Origin: a candidate division FCPU426 bacterium
Lineage (GTDB): Bacteria > Oederibacteriota > JAAXVQ01 > JAUVAV01
Assembly: GCA_040756875.1 (NCBI GenBank)
Contig: JBFLYH010000001.1
Location: forward strand, 672,001 to 736,000
Reading direction: 5' to 3'
Length of the DNA: 64,000 nt
Shown here: piece by piece, positions 19,081 to 28,170 of the stretch
How the letters are laid out: every line of letters starts with the position of its first letter
Numbering within the stretch: the stretch's first letter is position 1
Notes under the pieces: generated by a model
Told to the model about the DNA's origin: nothing
Databases searched by the model: none
Seen by the model: only the letters and a program-made list of their open reading frames with translations
Made by a program: the position numbers and the translations under genes

Positions 19081-19081
19081 G

Positions 19082-20014
19082 TCACCACCCTCCCAGGGCC
19101 AGGCCGACGGCGACAGCAGCCGCCACGGTCAATGGCCCCCAGAAAAATTTGACCGCCTGATCGATGCGCACGCGGGGCGCGGTGTTGCGGATCAGGGTGA
19201 GCACGATCACGATCCCCAGGTATTTCGCGATGCCGGCCGCCAGGCCGGCCCAGCCCTGCTGCAGCCCCATTCCGCCCCCGAACAGGGCCACGAGAAAGAC
19301 CGGCAGGGTGAACAGCATCATGGCCTTGGTCAGTTTAAAGAGCGCCAGCGGCACGCCGGAATACTCGATGTAGGCGCCGCCGGTCAGTTCGGTCTCAGCT
19401 TCCGGCAGGTCGAAGGGAACCTGCGTCAGCTTGGCCTGGATGCAAAAAACCGAGACCAGCAGGGCGATGACGCCCGAGGCGGCCAGGGCCGAGGGTTCTA
19501 CGGCCAGAATATCGCCGAGACGCAGGCTCTTGGCCCGAATGACCGGCACCAGCACGGCCAGGACGAACGGAAGCTCGTATCCCATGACCAGCTTCATCTC
19601 GCGGCTGCCGCCCAGCGACGCCAGGGGATTGCGGGAGGAGAAGGCGCCCAGCACGGTCCCGACCGCGGGCATGGTCAGCAGATACAGCAGCACGATCACG
19701 TCGCCCACGAAGCCCTGGTGGGGGGCCAGCTGGGAGCGCCAGATGATCGTGGACGCCAGGGTCACCGCGCCCAGCCCCAGGAGCGGCGCGGACAGGAAGA
19801 GCCATTTGGCGCCACCGGCCGGGACGATGGTTTCCTTGATCAGCAGCTTCAAGAAGTCGTACCAGGGCTGCAGGAAAGGCGGCCCGACGCGCATCTGCAC
19901 GCGCGCGGTCACCTTGCGGTCGATCCAAGACGTCACCAAGCCGGCCGAGGCCGTAAAGAGCAGGCCCGGGAAAACCAGCACTTGCGCCAGCCAGTGGAGA
20001 TAGTCCGTGGTCAT
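19082..20014 (-). CDS. NuoH/MbhM-like membrane subunit
   Basis: DRKVTARVQMRVGPP, QPWYDFLKL, PFDLPEAETEL..G..IEYSG, PRVRIDQ. Confidence 0.93.
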   Translation of the reverse strand: MTTDYLHWLAQVLVFPGLLFTASAGLVTSWIDRKVTARVQMRVGPPFLQPWYDFLKLLIKETIVPAGGAKWLFLSAPLLGLGAVTLASTIIWRSQLAPHQGFVGDVIVLLYLLTMPAVGTVLGAFSSRNPLASLGGSREMKLVMGYELPFVLAVLVPVIRAKSLRLGDILAVEPSALAASGVIALLVSVFCIQAKLTQVPFDLPEAETELTGGAYIEYSGVPLALFKLTKAMMLFTLPVFLVALFGGGMGLQQGWAGLAAGIAKYLGIVIVLTLIRNTAPRVRIDQAVKFFWGPLTVAAAVAVGLALGGW

Positions 20015-20017
20015 CGC

Positions 20018-20506
20018 TTACACCGCCTGCTTGACCCAGCGCGGGGCGCGCACCAGCAGGTGTTCGCCGAGGGCAAAGACGCCCTGCGCCTCATTGGGTT
20101 CCTGATCGGTCATCTGAATCGCCTGCCGGCAGCAGCTGGACAGGCACTGCGGGTCCGCGCCGGGCTGCTGGCTCCGGCACATTTCGCACGGAACGACGAA
20201 GTAGGGCAGCGTGTCCGGATAGATCGTGCCGAACGGACAGGCATGCGAACAGCTCTTGCAGCTGACGCAGCGGAGATTGTAGCGTTTCATCAAGCCGTCC
20301 GCCTGGCGCTCCAGGGCTTCGAAACGGCAGGCGGCCACGCAATTCGGCTCTTCGCAGCGCCGGCACAAAAAGGCGAAATAAGCCAGTTCGCGCAAGGTCA
20401 GGATGCCCTGGTGGGCCAGGCGGGGCGTGTACAGGCGGCCGCACTGAACCGAGCATTCCTCGCACGTTTCGCATTGGGCCAGGTCAACCAGCAAACGTTT
20501 GGGCAT
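20018..20506 (-). CDS. four-cluster Fe-S protein (DmsB/CooF/HycB-like)
   Basis: CETCEECSVQC, CRRCEEPNCVAAC, CVSCKSCSHACP, CEMC..PQCLSSC. Confidence 0.88.
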   Translation of the reverse strand: MPKRLLVDLAQCETCEECSVQCGRLYTPRLAHQGILTLRELAYFAFLCRRCEEPNCVAACRFEALERQADGLMKRYNLRCVSCKSCSHACPFGTIYPDTLPYFVVPCEMCRSQQPGADPQCLSSCCRQAIQMTDQEPNEAQGVFALGEHLLVRAPRWVKQAV

Positions 20507-20524
20507 GCGTGTTAAGCCGCAGGG

Positions 20525-21349
20525 TCAATCCCAGATCTGCGGCAGCTCCTTTATCTGGCTGTAGGCGAAAACCGGGCCTTCCTTGCAGGCGTAGAAGGTG
20601 CCCAGGCGGCAATGGCCGCATTTGCCCACGCCGCAACTCATGTTTTTTTCCATGGACAGATAAATGTTCTCGGGCGCCACGCCCAGTTGCAGCAGTTTCA
20701 GGGTGGCGAATTTCATCATGATGGGCGGACCGCAGACGATTGCCACGCCCTGATCCGGATGAAACGCCAGCTGGTCGGGTTCCAGAATGGTCGTCACCAC
20801 GCCCTGGCGGCCTGACCAGGTGTCGTCCCCTTTGTCCACGGTCACCTGGACATCCAGCTGGTTCCTGTCCCAGGCCGAGGCCAGGGCGTTTTTATACACG
20901 ATGTCCTTGGGCGTCCGCGCGCCGTAACGCACGAACACTTTGCGGTATTGATCCAGATTCTCAAATAGGGCGAAAAGCAGGGCGCGCAGGGGCGCCAGCC
21001 CCACGCCGCCGCCGACGATCAATACTTCGCGCCCGCGGAATTTGTCCAGGGGATACGCCTTGCCCAGCGGGCCGCGGATGCCGATGGTCGCGCCCGGCTG
21101 CAGCGCGTGGATCTTCTGGGTCACCAGGCCTGCGCGCATGATGGTGATTTCCAGCTTGTCCTTCACCGCCGGGGAAGAGGAGGGCGTGAACGGCGCTTCG
21201 CCCACGCCGGGGATGGTAAGTTCGACGAACTGCCCGGCCAGAAAAGGAATGGGTTCGGCCGGGCGCAGGCAGAAAGTCTTGATGGTGGGCGTCTCCTCGC
21301 TGACGGCTTCCACGCGGGCTGAAACCGGCAAATACAGTCGGGAGCTCAT
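20525..21349 (-). CDS. FAD/NAD(P)-binding [2Fe-2S] oxidoreductase (AsrB/HydG/FlxA/PyrK family)
   Basis: GQFVEL..PGVGEAP, RGPLG, GGGVGLAP, CGPPIMM, EKNMSCGVGKCGHC..YAC. Confidence 0.92.
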   Translation of the reverse strand: MSSRLYLPVSARVEAVSEETPTIKTFCLRPAEPIPFLAGQFVELTIPGVGEAPFTPSSSPAVKDKLEITIMRAGLVTQKIHALQPGATIGIRGPLGKAYPLDKFRGREVLIVGGGVGLAPLRALLFALFENLDQYRKVFVRYGARTPKDIVYKNALASAWDRNQLDVQVTVDKGDDTWSGRQGVVTTILEPDQLAFHPDQGVAIVCGPPIMMKFATLKLLQLGVAPENIYLSMEKNMSCGVGKCGHCRLGTFYACKEGPVFAYSQIKELPQIWD

Positions 21350-22371
21350 GCCAGGGCCTTTCTCAGCACGTCGCGGATGTCGATTCTGCCCGTGCAGGCT
21401 TCGGCGCACCGTCCGCAGCCGTCGCAGGCGTAGCGGCCCAGGAGCGCCGGAAAGAAGTTGAATTTTTTATCGAACCTATTGTACAGCCGCTCGGTGCGGT
21501 GCGCGCGGGGGTTGGCGCCGCCGGCCACGCGGGCGAAATTCTTGTGCAGGCAGGAATCCCACTGCTTCAAACGCCCGGGCGCCTGGTCCGAAGAACGGCC
21601 GTCGCGCAAAAGAAAGCAATGGCAGGTGCAACAGATGTAGTTGCAGGCGCCGCACTCCACGCAGTCCGCCGCGAATTCTTTCCAGAAGTCCGCTTCCTCG
21701 GTTTTGACGACAGCCTGCCTCAGATCCTGGCCGGGTCGCAGGCCGCGGCTTTCGGCCTGGCCGGCCACGCGGTGGTACAACGCTTGGCGGTTTTGATCGC
21801 GCTGCCGCAACCGTTCATCGGCGGGGGCGGCAAGCGCCGGCTTGAAGGAGGCGATCAAGGCTTGGCCGCGTTCCGATCCGGGTTCGACCACGCAACCGTT
21901 CTCCAGCACCGACAGATTCACGTCGAATCCGGCCTTGGGATACGGCTGCTCTCCAACCGCCGGACAGAAGCAGGATTCGCGGCAATCGGTGCAATCGCAG
22001 GAAACAATCAGCGTTTGTTCGCGCAAGCGCGCGTAATAGGGGTCGACCGGTTCGTTTTTCAAAAAAACGAAATCGTGTATCGCCAGCGCGGAAAGATCGC
22101 AGTTTTTAACGCCAATCACGACGCGGGGGGTAAGGTCAGCGGGTTGAACGGCTTGAAACACCGGGCCGAGCGTCTCGCGGGGAGGGAAAACCAGCGCTTT
22201 CAAAGGTTCCAAAGGACGGTAGCGGTCAAGCACATGGCGGTTGGGGTCCCAGGCGGTTGTGCGTTCGAGATGCAATTGATCGTTTTCGGAAGCAGAAGCA
22301 AAAACCGTTCGGCCTGAGGTCAGGTGAGCGATGAAGGAATCCCGATGCGCTTGAGGAAGCCAAAAAAGCAT
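21346..22371 (-). CDS. [4Fe-4S] protein (AsrA/HydB/FlxB family)
   Basis: GVKNCDL, DPYY, CRESCFC, CVECGACNYICCTCHCF, WDSC, CDGCGRCAEAC. Confidence 0.92.
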   Translation of the reverse strand: MLFWLPQAHRDSFIAHLTSGRTVFASASENDQLHLERTTAWDPNRHVLDRYRPLEPLKALVFPPRETLGPVFQAVQPADLTPRVVIGVKNCDLSALAIHDFVFLKNEPVDPYYARLREQTLIVSCDCTDCRESCFCPAVGEQPYPKAGFDVNLSVLENGCVVEPGSERGQALIASFKPALAAPADERLRQRDQNRQALYHRVAGQAESRGLRPGQDLRQAVVKTEEADFWKEFAADCVECGACNYICCTCHCFLLRDGRSSDQAPGRLKQWDSCLHKNFARVAGGANPRAHRTERLYNRFDKKFNFFPALLGRYACDGCGRCAEACTGRIDIRDVLRKALA

Positions 22372-22435
22372 CCGTTCAGTCCATCTCGAGATGTGATCGG
22401 CTTGCTGTGGGTTTGGAGGAAAAAGCGTTCATGAC

Positions 22436-22463
22436 ATTATATTTTTTTACTTAAATAAATCAA
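22436..22463 (-). promoter_or_regulatory. sigma70-type promoter for the hydrogenase structural operon
   Basis: Minus strand TTGATT-N16-TATAAT in the AT-rich gap between hypE and the AsrA-like gene. Confidence 0.6.
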
Positions 22464-22487
22464 TGAGAATATTGCAAAAGCAGGCTC

Positions 22488-23504
22488 TCAGCAGATGCGC
22501 GGCAGCAATTCGCCGGCAGGCAAATCGACCAGTCGTTCGCCGCCCGCGCGCGTGCGCAACCTGACGAGGCCGGGGGATTCCGCCACCACGGACCCGATGA
22601 CCGCGGCCTGTTGGCCCAGGGGGTGGGAACGCAACGCTTCGAGCAAGGTCGGCGTTTCTTTGGGATTGCACACGACCAGTGCCTTGCCTTCATTAGCCAC
22701 ATCCAGGGGGTCCAGGCCGAACAAGGAGCAAGCGCCGCGCACTTCGGCCCGGATCGGCAGGGAACGCTCATTCAGCACTACGCCAACGTTGGAAGCGCGG
22801 GCAATGTCGCAGACCGCCGCAGCCACGCCGCCGCGGGTCGGATCGCGCAGCACGTGCAAGGCGGCGGGATGGTGTTCGAACACCGGCTTGAGGAGCGCCC
22901 ACAGCGGAGCGACATCGCTCGTCAATTCGGTTTCGAAGCGGACCCCTTGGCGGTGGCTGAGCACTGCCACGCCATGGTCGCCGATCGTACCTGTGACAAT
23001 GACCTCATCCCCGGGCCTGGCGTTCGAACTCGACGTGTCGACGCCTGGCAGGCAGCGGCCAATTCCTGCGGTATTAATGTACAGGCCGTTGGCCTGGCCG
23101 CGCTGAACGACTTTGGTGTCGCCCGTGGCCAGCCTCACCTCATTGTCCTGCAAAACCGCGGCCAGCGATTCCAGGATGCGCTGCAGATCAGTCGTGGGCA
23201 GTCCTTCCTCGATGATCAACCCCAGGCTCAAGAAAAGGGGTTTGCCGCCCTGCATGACCAAATCATTGATCGTGCCGCAGGCAGCCAACCTGCCAATATC
23301 ACCGCCGGGAAAAAACAGCGGATCAACGACGTATGAATCCGTAGTAAAAGCCGTTTGACCAGCTGGCAGGGAAAGGCAAGCGCTGTCGTCCAGGGGCGTC
23401 AGCAGGATGTCTTTGAAAAGCGGGATGATCAACTGCTGCAGGAGGTCCTGGCTTTGCCTGCCGCCGCTGCCGTGAGCCAGCAAAATCCGATCGGTCAGTC
23501 CCAT
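22488..23504 (-). CDS. hypE: hydrogenase maturation protein HypE
   Basis: LAHGSGG, TTDSYVVDPLFFPGGDIG, GDTKVV, RDPTRGG, C-terminal LPRIC. Confidence 0.97.
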   Translation of the reverse strand: MGLTDRILLAHGSGGRQSQDLLQQLIIPLFKDILLTPLDDSACLSLPAGQTAFTTDSYVVDPLFFPGGDIGRLAACGTINDLVMQGGKPLFLSLGLIIEEGLPTTDLQRILESLAAVLQDNEVRLATGDTKVVQRGQANGLYINTAGIGRCLPGVDTSSSNARPGDEVIVTGTIGDHGVAVLSHRQGVRFETELTSDVAPLWALLKPVFEHHPAALHVLRDPTRGGVAAAVCDIARASNVGVVLNERSLPIRAEVRGACSLFGLDPLDVANEGKALVVCNPKETPTLLEALRSHPLGQQAAVIGSVVAESPGLVRLRTRAGGERLVDLPAGELLPRIC

Positions 23505-23506
23505 GC

Positions 23507-24631
23507 TCAGGCCCTTTCGGGCGCGGCGGAAGCGCCAGACGCCATTCGGCCATAACGGTAATAGGCGGCGCAAGTGCCTTCGCTTGAAACCATGCACGGG
23601 CCTTGCGGCTCCTCCGGCGTGCAACCGGAGGCGAAGAGCGGGCATTGTCCGGGTAAGACCAGGGCTTGCAGCACTTCTCCACAGCGGCAGGCAGGATTTT
23701 CGACGGCCGCAGGCACCTGGGTTTCAGGATAAAGCCGGTCTGCGTCCCAGGCGCTGAATTCGGGACGGAGTTTAAGCCCGCTTTCGGGTATCCACCCCAA
23801 ACCCCGCCAGCGGGACGGGGACGGCTCGAACACCGATTCCCATAATTGCCGTGCCCGTAAAAGCCCGCCGGGTTTTACGCTGCGATGGTATTGGATCTCC
23901 ACCTCGGCCCGATGACCGCAGGATTGACGCAATAGCATCAACACCCCTGCCACCATGTCGCCGGGTTCGAATCCAGCCACTACGCAGGGCAAATGGTGGC
24001 TTTTGGCCAGAAACGCATAGGGCTCGGGGCCGATCATGACGCTGACATGGCCAGGGCAGAGCAGGCCGTCAAGTTTAAGGGCAGGCGACCGCAATAAAGC
24101 CGCCAAGGCAGGCGGCATCAATTTAAGTGCGCATAGGAACGACACGTTGTCAAGCCGGCGCTCGGCAGCCTGCAACACTGAAACCGCGATGGCAGGAATC
24201 GTCGTTTCGAATCCGATGGCCAGGAAGACAAAACGACGCTGCGGCTCTTGGGCGGCCCAGGCCAGAGCGTCCAGGGGCGAATAGGCGACCCTGACCTCCG
24301 CTCCACCGGCCCGTTCGCGCTCCAGCGACGATCTGCTGCCAGGAACGCGCAGCAGATCACCGAAAGTGACGATGACCACATCTTGAAGGCGCGCCAGGGC
24401 CACGGCTTGGTCGATAAAATCCGCCGGGGTCACGCAGACCGGGCATCCAGGACCTGAGAGGAGCGAGATCGATTCCGGCAGCAAGGTGCGGAGGCCGGAA
24501 CGAAAAGCGGCCATGGTATGGGTGCCGCATACCTCCATATATTTGACGGGGCGGCCGAACTGCCGCGCGAGTTGATGCATTTCCAGCAATTGGGCCTTCA
24601 GACCTGGCGAGGGGGCCGGAGAAACTGTCAT
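23507..24631 (-). CDS. hypD: hydrogenase maturation protein HypD
   Basis: MEVCGTHT, GPGCPVC, GFETT, PGHVS, GPCMVSSEGTCAAYY. Confidence 0.97.
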   Translation of the reverse strand: MTVSPAPSPGLKAQLLEMHQLARQFGRPVKYMEVCGTHTMAAFRSGLRTLLPESISLLSGPGCPVCVTPADFIDQAVALARLQDVVIVTFGDLLRVPGSRSSLERERAGGAEVRVAYSPLDALAWAAQEPQRRFVFLAIGFETTIPAIAVSVLQAAERRLDNVSFLCALKLMPPALAALLRSPALKLDGLLCPGHVSVMIGPEPYAFLAKSHHLPCVVAGFEPGDMVAGVLMLLRQSCGHRAEVEIQYHRSVKPGGLLRARQLWESVFEPSPSRWRGLGWIPESGLKLRPEFSAWDADRLYPETQVPAAVENPACRCGEVLQALVLPGQCPLFASGCTPEEPQGPCMVSSEGTCAAYYRYGRMASGASAAPERA

Positions 24632-24846
24632 AGCGTTGATTCCAATTCTTGTTGCAGGGAAAGATACTCGTCCAGATCCTCTTGGGTCCAACGTTGAATG
24701 GCGAACCCGGCGTGCACCAGAACAAAGTCACCCACTTGAACCTCGGGCAATAACCCCAGATGCACCTCGCGCCGGACGCCGTCGGTTTCGGCGGTGGCGG
24801 TCAAACCAGAACGGCGGATGATTTTCGCAGGGGCGGCTAGGCACAT
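24628..24846 (-). CDS. hypC: hydrogenase maturation chaperone HypC
   Basis: MCLAAP...VGDFVLVHAGFAI. Confidence 0.96.
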   Translation of the reverse strand: MCLAAPAKIIRRSGLTATAETDGVRREVHLGLLPEVQVGDFVLVHAGFAIQRWTQEDLDEYLSLQQELESTL

Positions 24847-27140
24847 GGAACGGTCCTTTGCGGATGAGTGGTGGCGGGGTTGGCAATGGCGGCCAGGGCA
24901 ATAACTGCCTGCCCGAGAGACAATCCTCCGTCGTTGGCGGGGAAGAGCCGGGGATGGAAGACTTGCAAGCCGTTTTGCACGAGTTCCGTGCGGACCAACC
25001 CCAGCAATAAATCGTTTTGAAAAACTCCGCCACTCAAAACCACGCGATCTAAATGATGTTCCGCCGCCAGTATAACACACATCCGTGAAATCGCCCCGGC
25101 CAGCGTCCGATGGAACCGCATGGCCATTCGGGCCCGGTCATCATGAGTTTTAAGATCGCGCAAGAGTTCATGGAGCATCGGTTTGAAATCAAGGATCCGG
25201 CTTTTCCCGTTTTGGCTTATTTCAAAAGAATATAATGACTTTTCGGATTGTTCCGCCAAGGCTTGGAGGCGCACGGCTGCCTGGCCTTCATAGGTCAAGG
25301 TATGGTCAAAGCCTAGCAAGGCGGCAACTGCATCAAATAGCCGGCCTGCACTGGAGGTCACGGGAAAGGGATAAGCGGACTGTAGGAGTGCAGTGAGATG
25401 TTCTTTTTCGTAGGAGGTTAAGGAGGGCAAGCTGTTATGGACTTGAGTGCCCCAGTCACTGCCCAACAAGTCGAATAAGTAACTGACAGCCATGCGGGCA
25501 GGATGCAGGATGGCTTGTTCTCCCCCTGGAAGCGGCAGGGGTTTCAAATGACCAGCCCGTAAAAAACCATGGTAGGAGGCGATCAGAAATTCACCTCCCC
25601 ACAAGGTTTGATCAAGGCCATATCCACTGCCATCCCAAGCAACGCCAATGACCTTTTCCTGCAAGCCGTGTTCGGCCATGACAGCTGCAATATGGGCATG
25701 ATGATGCTGAACCGGGAGGCCCGTTTGGCCCAATGTTTGTGCCCAACGGGAGGAGTGGTAATCAGGATGCATATCATACGCAAGGTAACGGGGATTTATT
25801 TCCAGAAGGCTTTTCCAATCGGTTACTTGATGCTGATATGCCAGGAAGGAGGCATAGTCTGAAATATTCCCGAGGTGTTGTGATACCCATGCTTGGCGTC
25901 CTCGTGTCAGGCAGAAAGTGTTTTTTAAATCCCCACCACAAGCTAAAATCGACGGGCCATCAAGAGGGAGCTGACATACATCCGGGACATATCCTCGGGC
26001 ACGACGTATTACCACGTTCCCGAAATCGCTTGTTTTTATTACCGAATCGTCGCAAGTCCGCAATATGGGGCGATTATGGCACAAGGCGTAATCGGCGACT
26101 GGTCCAAGGATTCGTTTTAATTCAGTCTCATCCCGTACAATGGGCTCTTCCGAAAAATTGCCGCTGGTCATCACCAGCGGACTTATTTCTGCCAGCAGAA
26201 GGTGGTGCAAAGGAGTATAAGGCAGCATAACGCCTACATCCGGAGTGTCCGGTGAAAGAAGGTCAGGCAAAAGCGAAGCAGGCAGACGACGACAAATAAC
26301 GATAGGTAGTGATGGCAGCGATAATTCCCGGCGTATATTCTCAGTGACTTGGCAATTGGATTCGATCTGATCGATGCTGGCAAACATGACAGCCAATGGC
26401 TTGTGGGGGCGGTTTTTACGGGTCCTTAATTGTGCAATCACTTCAGGTTTTAAAGCATCGCAAGCCAAATGGTAGCCGCCGAGTCCTTTAATGGCTACAA
26501 TTGCCCCGGCAGCCAGCAAACGGGCGCTTTCCAGCAGGGGATCTCCATTTTGGACATTACCCGAGGCATCTACGAGAACCAATTTAGGGCCGCAGTTCGG
26601 ACAGGCATTTGGTTGGGCGTCAAACCGCCGGTCCATGGGATCCGAATATTCACTCTCGCATTCCTGGCATTGGGAAAAAACAGACATAGAAGTAAACGCT
26701 CGGTCATAGGGAAGATCGCGGATGATTGTAAATCGAGGCCCGCAATTGGTACAATTCGTGAATTCATAGCGATAACGCCGGTTGGAAGGCGTTTCAATCT
26801 CCACCCGGCATTGATCACATAAGGCTAAATCTGGTGGAAAGACCAATGAAGGCTCAGCTGATGGCAGGCTTTGATTGATTGAAAACGGAGGCATATTTGT
26901 AACTGGCAATTCCTCGAAAGTAATATGGTCTATCCTGGCTTGGGGAGGTGGCGACTCTTTTATTTTCATGAAAAACCTTTCAACAATGGCATTTTCGCCT
27001 TGAACCTCAACTTCAACACCTGCAGATGTGTTTTTAACCCCTCCTAAAAGACCCATAAAATTGGCATAACGAAAAATGGTGGGCCTGAAGCCAACGCCTT
27101 GGACACGTCCTGTTATTTTAGCCTTTATTCTTTGAATCAT
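24837..27140 (-). CDS. hypF: carbamoyltransferase HypF
   Basis: GRVQGVGFRP, two Zn fingers, KGLGGYH, QHHHAH, SSAGRLFDA, GGVFQN, NDGGLSLGQ. Confidence 0.97.
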   Translation of the reverse strand: MIQRIKAKITGRVQGVGFRPTIFRYANFMGLLGGVKNTSAGVEVEVQGENAIVERFFMKIKESPPPQARIDHITFEELPVTNMPPFSINQSLPSAEPSLVFPPDLALCDQCRVEIETPSNRRYRYEFTNCTNCGPRFTIIRDLPYDRAFTSMSVFSQCQECESEYSDPMDRRFDAQPNACPNCGPKLVLVDASGNVQNGDPLLESARLLAAGAIVAIKGLGGYHLACDALKPEVIAQLRTRKNRPHKPLAVMFASIDQIESNCQVTENIRRELSLPSLPIVICRRLPASLLPDLLSPDTPDVGVMLPYTPLHHLLLAEISPLVMTSGNFSEEPIVRDETELKRILGPVADYALCHNRPILRTCDDSVIKTSDFGNVVIRRARGYVPDVCQLPLDGPSILACGGDLKNTFCLTRGRQAWVSQHLGNISDYASFLAYQHQVTDWKSLLEINPRYLAYDMHPDYHSSRWAQTLGQTGLPVQHHHAHIAAVMAEHGLQEKVIGVAWDGSGYGLDQTLWGGEFLIASYHGFLRAGHLKPLPLPGGEQAILHPARMAVSYLFDLLGSDWGTQVHNSLPSLTSYEKEHLTALLQSAYPFPVTSSAGRLFDAVAALLGFDHTLTYEGQAAVRLQALAEQSEKSLYSFEISQNGKSRILDFKPMLHELLRDLKTHDDRARMAMRFHRTLAGAISRMCVILAAEHHLDRVVLSGGVFQNDLLLGLVRTELVQNGLQVFHPRLFPANDGGLSLGQAVIALAAIANPATTHPQRTVPCA

Positions 27141-27142
27141 AG

Positions 27143-27796
27143 TTAATAGTTAATAATCCATTCGCAGAAATCTAGTATTCCTCTATCCATCAAGGCAGAA
27201 ACTTGAAATATCTTGATTTTACTGTTAATTTCATGAATGAATCCTATTGTTGAATCCAGATCATATTTGAGATGGGGCAATAGATCTGTTTTAGTAATAA
27301 TAACAGCTTTAGCTTCATGAAAAAGTAGTGGATACTTAATTGGTTTGTCTTCCCCTTCAGTAACGCTTAGTACGGCTATTTTAGCATCTTCTCCAAGGTC
27401 AAATTCTGCTGGGCAAACCATATTTCCAACATTTTCAACAAAAATTAATTTAATTGCAGACAAATCCAAATCATTTAAAGCTTGGTGGATTAAACTAGCT
27501 TCTAAATGGCAAGAACCTCCTGTTAATAGCTGGCTAACTTTTATGCCCAATTTATCAAGTCTTTCAGAATCACGGGTGGTTTCTACATCACCTTCAAGAA
27601 CTGCAAATCTGATTTTTTTATTGAGCAGATGTTTATTCAATCCTTCTAGTAATGAAGTTTTTCCAGCACCTGGCGAACCGATTAAATTAAACATTTTTAT
27701 CATTTTGTTTTTCAATAAAGATTTGTTTTCTCTAGCGATGGAATTATTTTCATGAAGGATATCACGATATATTTTAATACTAATATTATTTAACAT
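27143..27796 (-). CDS. hypB: hydrogenase nickel GTPase HypB
   Basis: GSPGAGKT, GSCHL, ENVGNMVCPAEFDLGE, EGEDKPIKYP. Confidence 0.96.
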   Translation of the reverse strand: MLNNISIKIYRDILHENNSIARENKSLLKNKMIKMFNLIGSPGAGKTSLLEGLNKHLLNKKIRFAVLEGDVETTRDSERLDKLGIKVSQLLTGGSCHLEASLIHQALNDLDLSAIKLIFVENVGNMVCPAEFDLGEDAKIAVLSVTEGEDKPIKYPLLFHEAKAVIITKTDLLPHLKYDLDSTIGFIHEINSKIKIFQVSALMDRGILDFCEWIINY

Positions 27797-28170
27797 TAAT
27801 TGTTCTCCTCAATCTCAATAGATTCAATAAATAATTCTTTGCCATTTGTGATATCTATAGATATTGAATTGCATTTTACACAAACATATTTATTAAAGGG
27901 AATTTCTCCAGTATATCCGCAATTATTGCATGATATTTTTAATGGTATAATATCAATATTTAATTCAGATCCAAACAAATATGAATCGATAGTTAAAGTT
28001 CTATATGCAAATTTTAAATACTCTGGTATCACTTGGCGTAAACTCCCAATTTTAATATTTATTTTTTTTATTGAAGTATTTTTTTCATTATAATTACTTT
28101 TTAAAAAAATATTCTTTATCTCTGAATTAATTATATTAATTAAACTCGTGCATATAGAAAATTCATGCAT
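27796..28170 (-). CDS. hypA: hydrogenase nickel chaperone HypA
   Basis: MHE start, CNNC and CVKC, GKELFIESIE. Confidence 0.93.
   Translation of the reverse strand: MHEFSICTSLINIINSEIKNIFLKSNYNEKNTSIKKINIKIGSLRQVIPEYLKFAYRTLTIDSYLFGSELNIDIIPLKISCNNCGYTGEIPFNKYVCVKCNSISIDITNGKELFIESIEIEENN

Noticed and set aside
9998-20014. Calling the cluster complex I (nuo) or a stand-alone Mrp antiporter
   Set aside because: The large subunit keeps all four Ni-ligating Cys and a cleavable tail, with a protease and hyp genes adjacent; no NuoA/J/EFG.
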